Notes: a model not told the origin generated them from the letters alone. A DNA stretch of 64,000 nucleotides from a virus (IMGVR_UViG_3300031920_000341:144267-208266); one strand, 5' to 3'. Counted from the first letter of the stretch, positions 50,983-60,151 are shown. Translations and numbers: made by a program.

Positions 50983-52080
50983 ATGCAAAAAGAATATACA
51001 GGAGATATTATTATCGGGATCAGTGGTAAATTATGTTCAGGAAAAGACACGGTAGCAGATTATTTGATTAAACGTATGGGTCATATAAATTTCACAAAGG
51101 AATCATTTGCACTAAATCTTAAAAAGATTATAGCAACAACATGTGGTACTGATTTAGAAACACAAATGACACAAGAAGGTAAAAATCAAGTTTGTCCAAT
51201 TTTCAATAAAACATATGGTACAATGCAGCAAGAAATTGGCGGTACCGTATTAAGAAGGTATGATGAAGATTATTGGTTAAAGTCTTTATTCGCAAAGCAT
51301 AAGACTGGTCAGAGTTGGATAATTTCTGATGTAAGATATCCTAATGAAGCAAACTACATTAAAAGTATAGGTGGAATATTAATTAGAGTTGAGGGTGATC
51401 CTGGTAAAATTAGAGCAAGTTCTACACGAGATATGACACATTCTTCTGAAATATCACTTGATAATTATGATTTCTTTGATATAACATGGCAGAACGAACC
51501 GCCAATCGGTAATTTATCTAAATTAGTTGGTGAGGTTGATAAATTAATACAACGTCGTCAACCTACTTATAAACCTAAATTTATGTTAAAGGCTATTGTC
51601 GCAATAGATGAAGCTAATGGTATCGGCAAAGATAATAAATTATTGGCTAAATTACCCAATGATATGAAACATTTTGTTAATTTAACAAAAGGCCATACTG
51701 TAATAATGGGCAGGAAAACCCATGAATCAATTGGATTTCCATTAAGTGAGCGGGTTAATATAATTTTAACACGAGATAAAAAATTCAAAGCAGATGGTTG
51801 TTTAGTCGTACATACGATTAAAGATGCTTTAACATTGGCTAGAAAATATCCAGTTGATTGTTATGTTATGGGCGGAGCAGAAATATATGAACAGATGCTA
51901 CCGTACTGCAATGAAATAGAAGCAACGGTAATACATTCAGTATTTGAAGCTGATGTATTTTTCCCACAACTTAATATATTAGAATGGGAATTAATAGGTG
52001 CAGCAGGTAACGAAGTTGATGAAAGAAATAAGTGGCCACATACGTTTGAAACATACGAAAGAATTAGTAGCTCATTTTAA
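50983..52080 (+). CDS. bifunctional deoxynucleoside monophosphate kinase (T4 gp1-like) / dihydrofolate reductase fusion
   Basis: N-terminal half: P-loop GISGKLCSGKDTVADYL, YWLKSLFA and IISDVRYPNEANYIK resemble T4 dNMP kinase (SGVKRSGKDTTADFI, YWVKLFA, IVPDTRQDHEMD). C-terminal half: classic DHFR IVAIDEANGIGKDNKLLAKLPNDMKHF...VIMGRKTHESIGFPLSERVNIILTRD. Single uninterrupted 365-aa frame. Confidence 0.75.
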   Translation: MQKEYTGDIIIGISGKLCSGKDTVADYLIKRMGHINFTKESFALNLKKIIATTCGTDLETQMTQEGKNQVCPIFNKTYGTMQQEIGGTVLRRYDEDYWLKSLFAKHKTGQSWIISDVRYPNEANYIKSIGGILIRVEGDPGKIRASSTRDMTHSSEISLDNYDFFDITWQNEPPIGNLSKLVGEVDKLIQRRQPTYKPKFMLKAIVAIDEANGIGKDNKLLAKLPNDMKHFVNLTKGHTVIMGRKTHESIGFPLSERVNIILTRDKKFKADGCLVVHTIKDALTLARKYPVDCYVMGGAEIYEQMLPYCNEIEATVIHSVFEADVFFPQLNILEWELIGAAGNEVDERNKWPHTFETYERISSSF

Positions 52081-52082
52081 AT

Positions 52083-52118
52083 TACTTTTTGATTTCATAA
52101 TTTTTCCGTATATTCGCG
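52083..52118 (+). promoter_or_regulatory. bipartite promoter-like element, copy 5 (TACTTTTTGATTTCA-N11-TATATTCGCG)
   Basis: Most divergent copy; upstream of ATG 52146. Confidence 0.45.
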
Positions 52119-52145
52119 TATAAATAAAAAATAAATAAAAACTTT

Positions 52146-52874
52146 ATGATTTCGAAAATACTAAAAATAGTAATATTTCTGGGATTTTTTATAATAAATC
52201 CAGGGCCCAAAATTAATGATGCTCAAGTTGTGGACAACTGGCATCCTCCTAAAGAAACTGTTAAACAAGAAATTGTTAAACCAGAGGTAATTGAAACTAA
52301 ATTTGTATTCAATATACCAAAGAAAAAATCACATCAAGCATTTTTACGATCGATGGGATTTAGAGAATCAACAAATCGATATGACACGATAAACAAATAC
52401 GGTTATCTTGGAAAGTATCAATTTTCAGAAAGAACACTTAAAGGGCTCGGCATAAACACCGAGCCTCAACTCTTTTTAAAGGATAGAGACTTACAAGAGT
52501 ATGCAATGCATAAGTATTTGAAACTCAATAGAAAGATACTCAGTAATATTATAAATCGATATAATGATACAATACTTTATATTAATGAGCGAGAGATACC
52601 AGATACATTAATTTTAGTTACACATGAACTCATTAATGATACATTATTGATAAGTGATACTGCTTATGCATATACTACAAAGATAATAGTAGATACTCTT
52701 TATTTAACTGAAAGCGGGATTCTTGCCGCTGCACACTTAGGTGGCGCAGGTAATGTTAAGAAGTTTTTTAAAGAACTTGATAATAATGATAAATATAATC
52801 CTAAAGATAAATTTGGTACTAGTCTAACTGATTATATGTTAAGGTTTTCTGGATATTCATTAGCACTACGATAA
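52146..52874 (+). CDS. hypothetical secreted/membrane protein, lytic-transglycosylase-like motif
   Basis: N-terminal hydrophobic segment; FRESTNRYDTINKYGYLGKYQF resembles the GH23 E-S...G-L-M-Q catalytic region. Preceded by promoter-like element 52083-52118. Confidence 0.3.
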   Translation: MISKILKIVIFLGFFIINPGPKINDAQVVDNWHPPKETVKQEIVKPEVIETKFVFNIPKKKSHQAFLRSMGFRESTNRYDTINKYGYLGKYQFSERTLKGLGINTEPQLFLKDRDLQEYAMHKYLKLNRKILSNIINRYNDTILYINEREIPDTLILVTHELINDTLLISDTAYAYTTKIIVDTLYLTESGILAAAHLGGAGNVKKFFKELDNNDKYNPKDKFGTSLTDYMLRFSGYSLALR

Positions 52875-52947
52875 TATTTTTTATTTAAGTAAAACTATAA
52901 CGTATTTTTGAATAAAATATATATATTGATAAAATAATGTATTATGA

Positions 52948-53856
52948 ATGGATTATTGTATATATCATTCACGAGATTTAGATGGGTTCAGCTCAGCGGC
53001 AATTGTGAAAAGAACATGGAATAAATGTGAATTAATTGGATATGATTATGGTGATGAACTTCCAGAAATACCTGATGGTAAAAATGTAATAATGGTAGAT
53101 ATATCATTAGCAAAAAAAGATAAAGATAAAGACAATCCAATGGAATTTATGATTGACCTTGCAAATAGGTGCAATCAGTTAGTTTGGATTGATCACCATA
53201 AATCTGCCATATTGGATTATGAAAACAGTAAAGATCAATTTCCTGATACATTCAGAGCATTTGTTAAATCAGGTGTAGCTGCATGTGAATTAACATGGGA
53301 AACACTTAATGCCGGTAAAAAAATGCCACTTGCAATAAAATGGCTAGGTATTTATGATACATTTAGAAAAGAAGAAGCTGGTGATACATGGGATACTGGT
53401 GTTATGCCATTTCAATATGGTTTAAGGGTTGCATGTAATGGACCTGAAGAATTTCCAAAAGAACTTTTTGATAATAATTCTTCAGCTCTTATACCTTATG
53501 TGGAAATGGGTAAAATTATATTAAAATATAATGATCAGTTCAATAAGAATTATGCTAAGTCTAGACAAGTGATTCAATTTGCTGGGTTAAATTGTGTTAC
53601 AATGAATACACCAATGAAAGCATCAACATCATTTGATTATGCATTTTCAAATACCGAAAATGATTTTATGATGGCATATAATAGAACTAAAGATATGTGG
53701 AATATAAGTTTTTATTCTGATGGCGATAAGGTTGATTGTAGTTTAATCGCTAAGCATTTTGGTGGTGGTGGACATGCTGGAGCATCTGGTTGTATGATGG
53801 ATGATAAAACTTTACTTGGTGTATTAAATGGCGAATTCACCGAAGCACTATTTTAA
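52948..53856 (+). CDS. DHH-family phosphoesterase (NrnA/RecJ-like)
   Basis: Motif I YHSRDLDGFSSAAI, motif II IMVDISL, motif III WIDHHKS, DHHA1 GGGGHAGASG. Confidence 0.75.
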   Translation: MDYCIYHSRDLDGFSSAAIVKRTWNKCELIGYDYGDELPEIPDGKNVIMVDISLAKKDKDKDNPMEFMIDLANRCNQLVWIDHHKSAILDYENSKDQFPDTFRAFVKSGVAACELTWETLNAGKKMPLAIKWLGIYDTFRKEEAGDTWDTGVMPFQYGLRVACNGPEEFPKELFDNNSSALIPYVEMGKIILKYNDQFNKNYAKSRQVIQFAGLNCVTMNTPMKASTSFDYAFSNTENDFMMAYNRTKDMWNISFYSDGDKVDCSLIAKHFGGGGHAGASGCMMDDKTLLGVLNGEFTEALF

Positions 53857-53886
53857 TATTAAATATATAAAAGAAAACAACATTCA

Positions 53887-54351
53887 ATGAATAATTTTAA
53901 ACAATCAGGAATAAATATTGGATATTATTATGTTATTGCTATTAGTTTTGTATTGTTATTATTGGGATTATTAATAATAAATCCAAGTAAAAGAACTATT
54001 GAAGATGAACTTATAAAATTTGACATATATCATACTGAATCTATTTGTATTAATACCGATAATAATAATATAAAGAAAATTACATATATTATTGATGCTA
54101 CTGTTAAATTTAGATGTTATCTTAGTGATACTACATTAATACCACAATATAAAGAATTTGTCACTAATGATATGCGAATGAAAATAAAGGATGGACTCAG
54201 AGAATTGTATAACAATAAAGATAAAGATCATAATGAAATAGAACTTATACATACATTTGATAATGTTTTGCCATATTTAAAAATAAATCGCATATATACA
54301 GAATTAATAGAAGTATATAAATTAACTATTGATTCAACATATAATAAATAA
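53887..54351 (+). CDS. hypothetical membrane protein
   Basis: N-terminal TM YYYVIAISFVLLLLGLLII. Confidence 0.35.
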   Translation: MNNFKQSGINIGYYYVIAISFVLLLLGLLIINPSKRTIEDELIKFDIYHTESICINTDNNNIKKITYIIDATVKFRCYLSDTTLIPQYKEFVTNDMRMKIKDGLRELYNNKDKDHNEIELIHTFDNVLPYLKINRIYTELIEVYKLTIDSTYNK

Positions 54352-54784
54352 TGTAATGTCACAAAAAGCTGGAATATTTATAATACACGATAATCAAATC
54401 TTAGTTGGACATCCTACAAGACATCCGCAGGATTTTCTTAGTATTCCCAAAGGCAAGATTGATAAAGGGGAAGATTCCGTTGGGGCAATGCTAAGAGAAT
54501 TAGAAGAAGAAACATCATATCTACTTGAGGACTTTGATACAGACATGGCACCAGAATATGTTGGTAGGTTTGTCTATAGAAACAAGAAACACGCATTACA
54601 TGTTTTTTATATTATAATTAACAGTAAACCAGAAAAGGAAGCTGTATGTACTTCTATTGTTGATAATGATCCAACTTTCTTAGAAGTTGATTGGTATACG
54701 TGGATATCATTCGAAGATGTACCAAAATATTGCCATGAGGCTCAAATAAGCGCATTTAAGGCACTTTTAAATAAAATCAAATAA
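54329..54784 (+). CDS. NUDIX hydrolase
   Basis: Nudix box GKIDKGEDSVGAMLRELEEETS (Gx5Ex7REUxEExGU). Confidence 0.8.
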   Translation: MIQHIINNVMSQKAGIFIIHDNQILVGHPTRHPQDFLSIPKGKIDKGEDSVGAMLRELEEETSYLLEDFDTDMAPEYVGRFVYRNKKHALHVFYIIINSKPEKEAVCTSIVDNDPTFLEVDWYTWISFEDVPKYCHEAQISAFKALLNKIK

Positions 54785-54787
54785 AGT

Positions 54788-55129
54788 ATGTTTAAAAAAT
54801 TAGTTAAGGCAATAGAGTTAATGTATGTGAATCAAATAATGAAAAAATTTGGTACACATTTACATGAGCTTGATAATATAATGAGTAAGCAATGGAATAA
54901 ATTAGGGGAAGGTGAAGAACTTGAGAAAGTCAATGAGTTTATTAAATTACATAAATCATATGATTTACCGGCATATAAAAAAATGCTAAGTAGTATACCA
55001 ATTAATCTTAACATATATCAATTATTTGCATTCTATATTAATACTATTGAATTTGGAATTAATCCAAATTCATTAACATCATTGTATAGAGGAATAAACA
55101 TGATATTACATTATAAAGAAGGCGAATAA
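54788..55129 (+). CDS. hypothetical protein
   Basis: 113 aa. Confidence 0.35.
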   Translation: MFKKLVKAIELMYVNQIMKKFGTHLHELDNIMSKQWNKLGEGEELEKVNEFIKLHKSYDLPAYKKMLSSIPINLNIYQLFAFYINTIEFGINPNSLTSLYRGINMILHYKEGE

Positions 55130-55148
55130 ATAACAATAAATCAAAACA

Positions 55149-55526
55149 ATGGAACCTGATGTAATAAATCAAACAATTAAAACTAATATTGGTAATACAA
55201 TTTTTAGAACTAAATTGGGAAAAGTTATAGATACTGGAAAATATGATCATCCCAGTATGCTTAAGTTTATTGTTAATTTACAATCAATGAGCGAGATATT
55301 AAGTCAATATGGTTATAGTGTTGATTTTATGAATATACAGAATAAATTAGTATGCAGTATATTTAATTCAAAAGAAGAGGAAAATGAATATAGTCTTTAT
55401 TTTGACTATGATGATAATGTTGCTGGAATATTTGATACTGCACTTAACGTAATTCTTCCTGTTGATAGTGATATTGATCTTTTATTTAATATGTTTACAA
55501 GTGGATATCTAAAAATTTTACCATAA
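55149..55526 (+). CDS. hypothetical protein
   Basis: 125 aa. Confidence 0.35.
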   Translation: MEPDVINQTIKTNIGNTIFRTKLGKVIDTGKYDHPSMLKFIVNLQSMSEILSQYGYSVDFMNIQNKLVCSIFNSKEEENEYSLYFDYDDNVAGIFDTALNVILPVDSDIDLLFNMFTSGYLKILP

Positions 55527-55545
55527 TAAATTAAATTAATAAAGT

Positions 55546-55776
55546 ATGATTTTAATTAAAATTACAGAAAAAGGCGAAAAGGGTGCTTGGCACAATAAAT
55601 ATGTTGACAACCTCTTTCTTGCTACACCCAATGGTGACGACTTCGCCATAAATTTTCTATCTAATCTTGATAGCGATAAACTTAATAACTTCAGTGGAAA
55701 ATATATTCCTCGTTCAAGTTGTTTAGTAATGCAAAAGCCAAAGCAATTTGGTGTAACTGGTATCGTAAATAAGTAG
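55546..55776 (+). CDS. hypothetical protein
   Basis: 76 aa. Confidence 0.3.
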   Translation: MILIKITEKGEKGAWHNKYVDNLFLATPNGDDFAINFLSNLDSDKLNNFSGKYIPRSSCLVMQKPKQFGVTGIVNK

Positions 55777-55778
55777 AT

Positions 55779-56759
55779 ATGAAAAAAGTAAAGGCAATTG
55801 TATTATTCAGTGGAGGGCTGGATAGCATGCTCGTGGCAAAAATGTTATATGAGCAGAATATAGAAGTAATACTTTTATATATTGATAATGGTTTTGAATC
55901 TAATGATCGATCAGATGAATTTAAAATTTTTGCTAAAAGTATTAATTCTAAATTAATTATTGAAAATGTTATTGATGATTTCTGCAGTACTGTACTTATT
56001 AATCCAACAAAAGGATATGGCAAAGCCATGAATCCTTGTATTGATTGCCATGGATATATGATCAACATAGCAAGTAAGATAGCCGAGCAAGAAGGTGCTA
56101 GCTTTATTGCAACAGGTGAAGTTATCGGTCAACGTCCTATGTCTCAAACCAGAGATGCAATGTTAATGGTTGACAATTTATCAAATTCTAAAGTTCCTAT
56201 AGTTCGTCCGCTATCAGCAAAGATAATGGATGAAACTAAAGTAGAAACCGATGGTATAATAGATAGAGAAAAGTTTGAAGGCATAGCAGGAAGAACAAGA
56301 ACAAGACAAATTGAATTGGCTGAATCATTAGGATTAAATAATTATCCTAATCCAGCGGGTGGATGTTTACTTACAGAAGTTAAATTTGCTAATAAACTTT
56401 CAAATGCTTTAAAGGTAACAAAATACATAAATAGTGATGATATTACGGTTGTAAGACACGGTAGAATGTTTCAAGTTGGAAATGCTTTATTTGTGTTAGG
56501 AAGAAATAAAGAAGATAATGAAGCACTTAGGAAATTAAATAAGAATAAGTATTTGGTGATAGAACCACCAGTTGAGAGAGGTCCAGTTGCTGTAGTATCA
56601 GGTGAATTTGATTTAGATGAAGCATTAGTAATGGCTTCTATTATGTTAAGGTATTGTGATATTGATCAAAATATTGCACATCAAGTTAAGTTTACTGAAT
56701 TTATATTTGATGTATTACCAATGAGCGAAAAAGAAATTGAGGGTTATAAACTAACGTAA
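55779..56759 (+). CDS. PP-loop ATP pyrophosphatase, ThiI-like (putative sulfurtransferase / nucleic-acid-modification enzyme)
   Basis: PP-loop SGGLDS at the N-terminus; ATGEVIGQRPMSQTRDAMLMVDN...PIVRPL aligns with the ThiI GESLGQVASQT...IRPL block; PCIDCH cysteine pair. Confidence 0.55.
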   Translation: MKKVKAIVLFSGGLDSMLVAKMLYEQNIEVILLYIDNGFESNDRSDEFKIFAKSINSKLIIENVIDDFCSTVLINPTKGYGKAMNPCIDCHGYMINIASKIAEQEGASFIATGEVIGQRPMSQTRDAMLMVDNLSNSKVPIVRPLSAKIMDETKVETDGIIDREKFEGIAGRTRTRQIELAESLGLNNYPNPAGGCLLTEVKFANKLSNALKVTKYINSDDITVVRHGRMFQVGNALFVLGRNKEDNEALRKLNKNKYLVIEPPVERGPVAVVSGEFDLDEALVMASIMLRYCDIDQNIAHQVKFTEFIFDVLPMSEKEIEGYKLT

Positions 56760-56765
56760 TAAACA

Positions 56766-57137
56766 ATGACAGCAATAGAAGATTTATCAGAAATCAAATT
56801 TGAACATTCAGAACGTATACATAAAATTCTTATTCATAAGAGACATAATAAAGATATACAAAAATGGATGAGAAAATTAGGGGTTATTGTAAGAAATGAA
56901 ACTAAAATAGATAATAATGTTAAATTAATTTTTTATTGCAGTAAAATTCAATATGATACAATACTTGAAATATTAGAAGTATATTTAGTTAAGCCAAAAC
57001 AATTACCCTTAATAGATATAATGGTATCTTCAGCTAGTATGATTGAATCTTTTGGACTTGACGATATCTGGGATAATACTAAAAATAAGTTAGCCAATCT
57101 ATTATTTTATATGGTTGGTCCAAAAAAATCTAAATAA
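56766..57137 (+). CDS. hypothetical protein
   Basis: 123 aa. Confidence 0.35.
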   Translation: MTAIEDLSEIKFEHSERIHKILIHKRHNKDIQKWMRKLGVIVRNETKIDNNVKLIFYCSKIQYDTILEILEVYLVKPKQLPLIDIMVSSASMIESFGLDDIWDNTKNKLANLLFYMVGPKKSK

Positions 57138-57426
57138 AATGAGTGTACAAAACGGACGTGTCCTTGTTCATCTAAAATTTGATCAACATGACTCAACATC
57201 AGAAGGAACAGTATTAAAAATAAATACACATAGTATTACAATAAAATGTGCAATGGATACAATACTTAGTTTCGATGCAAAAACAGGTAAAGCAAAAGGA
57301 GGAAACCATTGGGTAAATCCACTTGAAGCACAACGTGCATACCAGTTAGGAATTGATAATGCAGTTGATAATGTAGCAAGAGCAAAAGCTGGCAAGAAAA
57401 GACCAGGTACAATAATTCACGATTAA
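57115..57426 (+). CDS. hypothetical protein
   Basis: 103 aa. Confidence 0.35.
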   Translation: MVQKNLNKMSVQNGRVLVHLKFDQHDSTSEGTVLKINTHSITIKCAMDTILSFDAKTGKAKGGNHWVNPLEAQRAYQLGIDNAVDNVARAKAGKKRPGTIIHD

Positions 57427-57437
57427 AATTTAAAGAT

Positions 57438-57728
57438 ATGGTACAATTAGACGCAAAAAAAGAAAATGGGAATATAATAATAACTGAAGATAGTTTTGAT
57501 CATTTACTAAATTGCTTAGACAATCAGAAGTTTATTCCTGAGTATGACAAACAAACCGAGGATCATAAAACAATGTTCCAGGATTATATTGATGATTTCA
57601 ATATTCAATGTAGAAACCTATTACATAATGGTGGATACTATCCAATAGCAAATCAACTTAAATTATTTGAAGATGAATCAGATAAAGCATTTGATGCATT
57701 ATTTGATGCAGTACAAAAAGAACTTTAA
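57438..57728 (+). CDS. hypothetical protein
   Basis: 96 aa. Confidence 0.35.
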   Translation: MVQLDAKKENGNIIITEDSFDHLLNCLDNQKFIPEYDKQTEDHKTMFQDYIDDFNIQCRNLLHNGGYYPIANQLKLFEDESDKAFDALFDAVQKEL

Positions 57729-57739
57729 TATTTACAGAT

Positions 57740-58045
57740 ATGGAATTTTATAGATACGAATGGATAGGGTTAGAATCAGCAAGAGATTCACTTCCTATTA
57801 TTAAGTTAAAACTAAGGATATTTAAATTACTTAGAGAGACTGAAAAGGGTTATTGGATTGATTTGGAATATAAAGATAGATGGATTTCTAAAACTTCAAC
57901 AAAACGGTATGCTTACCCTACCAAAAAAGAAGCATTAAATAATTTTATAATAAGAACAAAACGTAGATTGCAGTTTGTTGAAGCTACAATACATGGTTGT
58001 AAACAATCACTACGTTTAGCAGATATTGAATTAAATAAAATTTAA
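57740..58045 (+). CDS. hypothetical protein
   Basis: 101 aa. Confidence 0.35.
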   Translation: MEFYRYEWIGLESARDSLPIIKLKLRIFKLLRETEKGYWIDLEYKDRWISKTSTKRYAYPTKKEALNNFIIRTKRRLQFVEATIHGCKQSLRLADIELNKI

Positions 58046-58046
58046 T

Positions 58047-58082
58047 GACTTTTCTGTTTCATTTGCTTTTAGTATATTTGTA
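58047..58082 (+). promoter_or_regulatory. bipartite promoter-like element, copy 6 (GACTTTTCTGTTTCA-N11-TATATTTGTA)
   Basis: Upstream of ATG 58100. Confidence 0.55.
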
Positions 58083-58099
58083 TCGTAATTAAAATATTA

Positions 58100-58267
58100 T
58101 GACAAAAACAGGAAAAAGACGTAAAAAAGATAAGCGTCTCAATAAAATCACAGTATCTGGCTATTCTATTCACTGGTCTAGTGAATGGTCAATACGTAGT
58201 AAACTTGCCAAACATTATAAAAGACTTCAAAGTTTATTGTTTAATCAAAAAGAGGAAGGATATTAAT
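58100..58267 (+). CDS. hypothetical small basic protein
   Basis: 55-aa ORF (MTKTGKRRKKDKRLNKITVSGYSIHW...), first ATG 18 nt after promoter-like element 58047-58082; not in the ORF track (<60 aa). Confidence 0.35.
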
Positions 58268-58477
58268 ATGTTTAGTTCAGGAAGTCATATTCATTCACTT
58301 ATATCAATGACATATATGTTTGATGATATTAGAGAAAAGAATAAAGAGAAGTGTGATGAAATCGTAAACGAATATTGGGCAATAAGTAAATGGCCACGTA
58401 AGAAAAAGAAAAGACGAAGAAAAGAATTAAAAATAGATTATTCTATATTTTCTTGGGATTTATTTGGAAATTATTAA
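58268..58477 (+). CDS. hypothetical protein (start adjusted to MFSSGSHIH)
   Basis: ORF-track entry 58181-58477 overlaps the 55-aa ORF; first in-frame ATG after the latter's stop is 58268; basic C-terminus KKKKRRRK. Confidence 0.3.
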   Translation: MFSSGSHIHSLISMTYMFDDIREKNKEKCDEIVNEYWAISKWPRKKKKRRRKELKIDYSIFSWDLFGNY

Positions 58478-58519
58478 TTATAAAAATCTAATGATAAATA
58501 ATTAAAATAATTATGTACT

Positions 58520-58900
58520 ATGTCAGAAAATTTTAAAGTACCAATGTTTGAAGAATTTGATATGAAACCAATTGAAAATTTGATGGATGATGAAATTGAA
58601 AAGTTAAACAAAATAAAAGATACAGAACCAGAAACAGATATTGAAATAGAATCAGAAACCGATATCGATGAACCAGAAACCGAGTCTAATATAGAAGCAG
58701 ATATCGATGCAGCAATGCAATTATATCTTGATCTTAGAGATAGACTAGGCGAAATACAAGATACAATTGAAAATTCACCAAAAGAAGCATGGGTTGCATT
58801 ACATAATCATATGACAGAAATGTATAATGAAACACCTAGTGATCAATTCGATGAATTAGATGAATTGGTACTTCAGTTTTTAACTAAAAAAATTGGTTAA
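58520..58900 (+). CDS. hypothetical acidic protein
   Basis: 126 aa with TEPETDIEIESETDIDEPETESNIEADID acidic repeat. Confidence 0.35.
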   Translation: MSENFKVPMFEEFDMKPIENLMDDEIEKLNKIKDTEPETDIEIESETDIDEPETESNIEADIDAAMQLYLDLRDRLGEIQDTIENSPKEAWVALHNHMTEMYNETPSDQFDELDELVLQFLTKKIG

Positions 58901-59279
58901 TATGTATAGTTTTCAAATCCCATTGTTTGAATCATGGGAAGATGTTAATGATAAAATAAAAGACATACAAGATAACCTATCAAGTTATGTCCCACCTTTT
59001 ACTTATGCTGATTATACAACTGATGCCGATAAAAAGAATGATGGTTCAGGCGATTATAGCGTATGGATAGAATACAATGAAGCACCTCTCGATACCATTA
59101 CAAAACTTAATGATTCAGAATTTTATAATAAAATGATAGAACATTTTAATGTTTGGGTAACTGAAAATAAATTTGAACTGTACGATATTGAAATATTGAG
59201 TACACATAATTCAATATCATATTCAATCACTATGGCAACCGGTACACGAAAACTTAAAAGAGCAACAGGTAGAAGATAA
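58893..59279 (+). CDS. hypothetical protein
   Basis: 128 aa. Confidence 0.35.
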   Translation: MVNMYSFQIPLFESWEDVNDKIKDIQDNLSSYVPPFTYADYTTDADKKNDGSGDYSVWIEYNEAPLDTITKLNDSEFYNKMIEHFNVWVTENKFELYDIEILSTHNSISYSITMATGTRKLKRATGRR

Positions 59280-59304
59280 TTTAATTCAATAAATATTTAA
59301 TATT

Positions 59305-59610
59305 ATGACAGAAGACCAAAAAGATGCTATTATAGATATAGAAAAAATAAATGAAAAATTATACGATAAGTATGAAAAAGATAATAACATAGATAATTTA
59401 CCTATTGTTAGTATTACGATTGCAGATGTATATTTTTTTATTGCAATATCTATATCCGATGAATTTGACGGACAAGAAATAAAAATTTTTAATTCTGAAA
59501 ATAATGATAGAATATATTATGAAAAATCCAATACATATGAAACATTCTATAAGTTAATTAAAAGAAAATTTTTAGATATTAAAAATGAAATTAATAATGT
59601 AACGTTGTAA
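59305..59610 (+). CDS. hypothetical protein
   Basis: 101 aa. Confidence 0.35.
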   Translation: MTEDQKDAIIDIEKINEKLYDKYEKDNNIDNLPIVSITIADVYFFIAISISDEFDGQEIKIFNSENNDRIYYEKSNTYETFYKLIKRKFLDIKNEINNVTL

Positions 59611-59622
59611 AATATTAATTTT

Positions 59623-59658
59623 TACTTTTCTGTTTCAAAATAAAGTAGTATGTTTGCA
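59623..59658 (+). promoter_or_regulatory. bipartite promoter-like element, copy 7 (TACTTTTCTGTTTCA-N11-TATGTTTGCA)
   Basis: Upstream of micro-ORF 59767 and the tRNA cluster. Confidence 0.5.
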
Positions 59659-59766
59659 TCATAATTAATTAACTAATAAAATAAAAAGAAAAAAGTAAAA
59701 CTTTTTAGAATATATAAATATAATTATAACTCGCTGCAAATAGCAGCAACGAAAATTTAACTAAAG

Positions 59767-59880
59767 ATGAAACAAATTTTAAACATACAAGTAACGAAAG
59801 CAACTAAAAGAACACCCGATTTTAATTATGAAGGTGATCCAAGTTGTAATACCCGTGGTAAAAAATCTGTTTGCATGTAA
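59767..59880 (+). CDS. hypothetical micro-protein (37 aa)
   Basis: MKQILNIQVTKATKRTPDFNYEGDPSCNTRGKKSVCM; lies between promoter-like element 59623-59658 and strong terminator 59904-59934; could instead be a non-coding leader. Confidence 0.2.
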   Translation: MKQILNIQVTKATKRTPDFNYEGDPSCNTRGKKSVCM

Positions 59881-59903
59881 ACAATGTTTAACTTAACAGG
59901 ACT

Positions 59904-59934
59904 AAGCCTCGGGATTCAATCTCGAGGCTTTTTT
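59904..59934 (+). terminator. strong intrinsic terminator upstream of tRNA cluster
   Basis: AAGCCTCGGGA-TTCAA-TCTCGAGGCTT followed by TTTTTTC; 11-bp stem including one GU. Confidence 0.8.
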
Positions 59935-59946
59935 CATTTATAATAT

Positions 59947-60023
59947 CGAGGTATTGGGGAGCCAGGCCACCCCGCTTGCTTTGGGAGCAAGAGAACTCGT
60001 AAGTTCGAATCTTACTACCTCGA
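59947..60023 (+). tRNA. tRNA-Pro (anticodon TGG)
   Basis: Perfect acceptor CGAGGTA/TACCTCG, D arm GGGG-(10 nt)-CCCC, anticodon stem CTTGC/GCAAG with loop TTTGGGA, 7-nt variable region, T arm GTAAG-TTCGAAT-CTTAC. Confidence 0.7.
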
Positions 60024-60064
60024 CTTAATAATTAAAACGATCTTTGACGTCTTGAAAGAAAAAC

Positions 60065-60136
60065 GCCGGTGTAGCTCAGTGGTCGAGCGGAACGCTGTTA
60101 ACGTTAGGGTCGGGAGTTCGAATCTCTCCACCGGCG
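60065..60136 (+). tRNA. tRNA-Asn (anticodon GTT)
   Basis: Perfect acceptor GCCGGTG/CACCGGC, D arm GCTC-AGTGGTC-GAGC, anticodon loop CTGTTAA, T arm GGGAG-TTCGAAT-CTCTC. Confidence 0.8.
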
Positions 60137-60151
60137 CAATACAATTTAAAT

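Noticed and set aside
614-57395. About 45 antisense ORFs of 60-164 aa nested inside larger genes. Examples: 614-880, 1190-1396, 2033-2290, 6529-6777, 9469-9753, 13293-13481, 14666-14914, 20302-20796, 21994-22362, 27067-27957 cluster, 34712-35065, 41537-42072, 45785-46078, 55691-56147, 57183-57395; also plus-strand 30591-30827, 31083-31268, 48432-48746 inside minus-strand genes.
   Set aside because: All lie wholly within longer, motif-supported ORFs on the opposite strand, have low-complexity or Cys/Phe/Leu-rich composition typical of AT-rich antisense frames, and lack their own upstream signals
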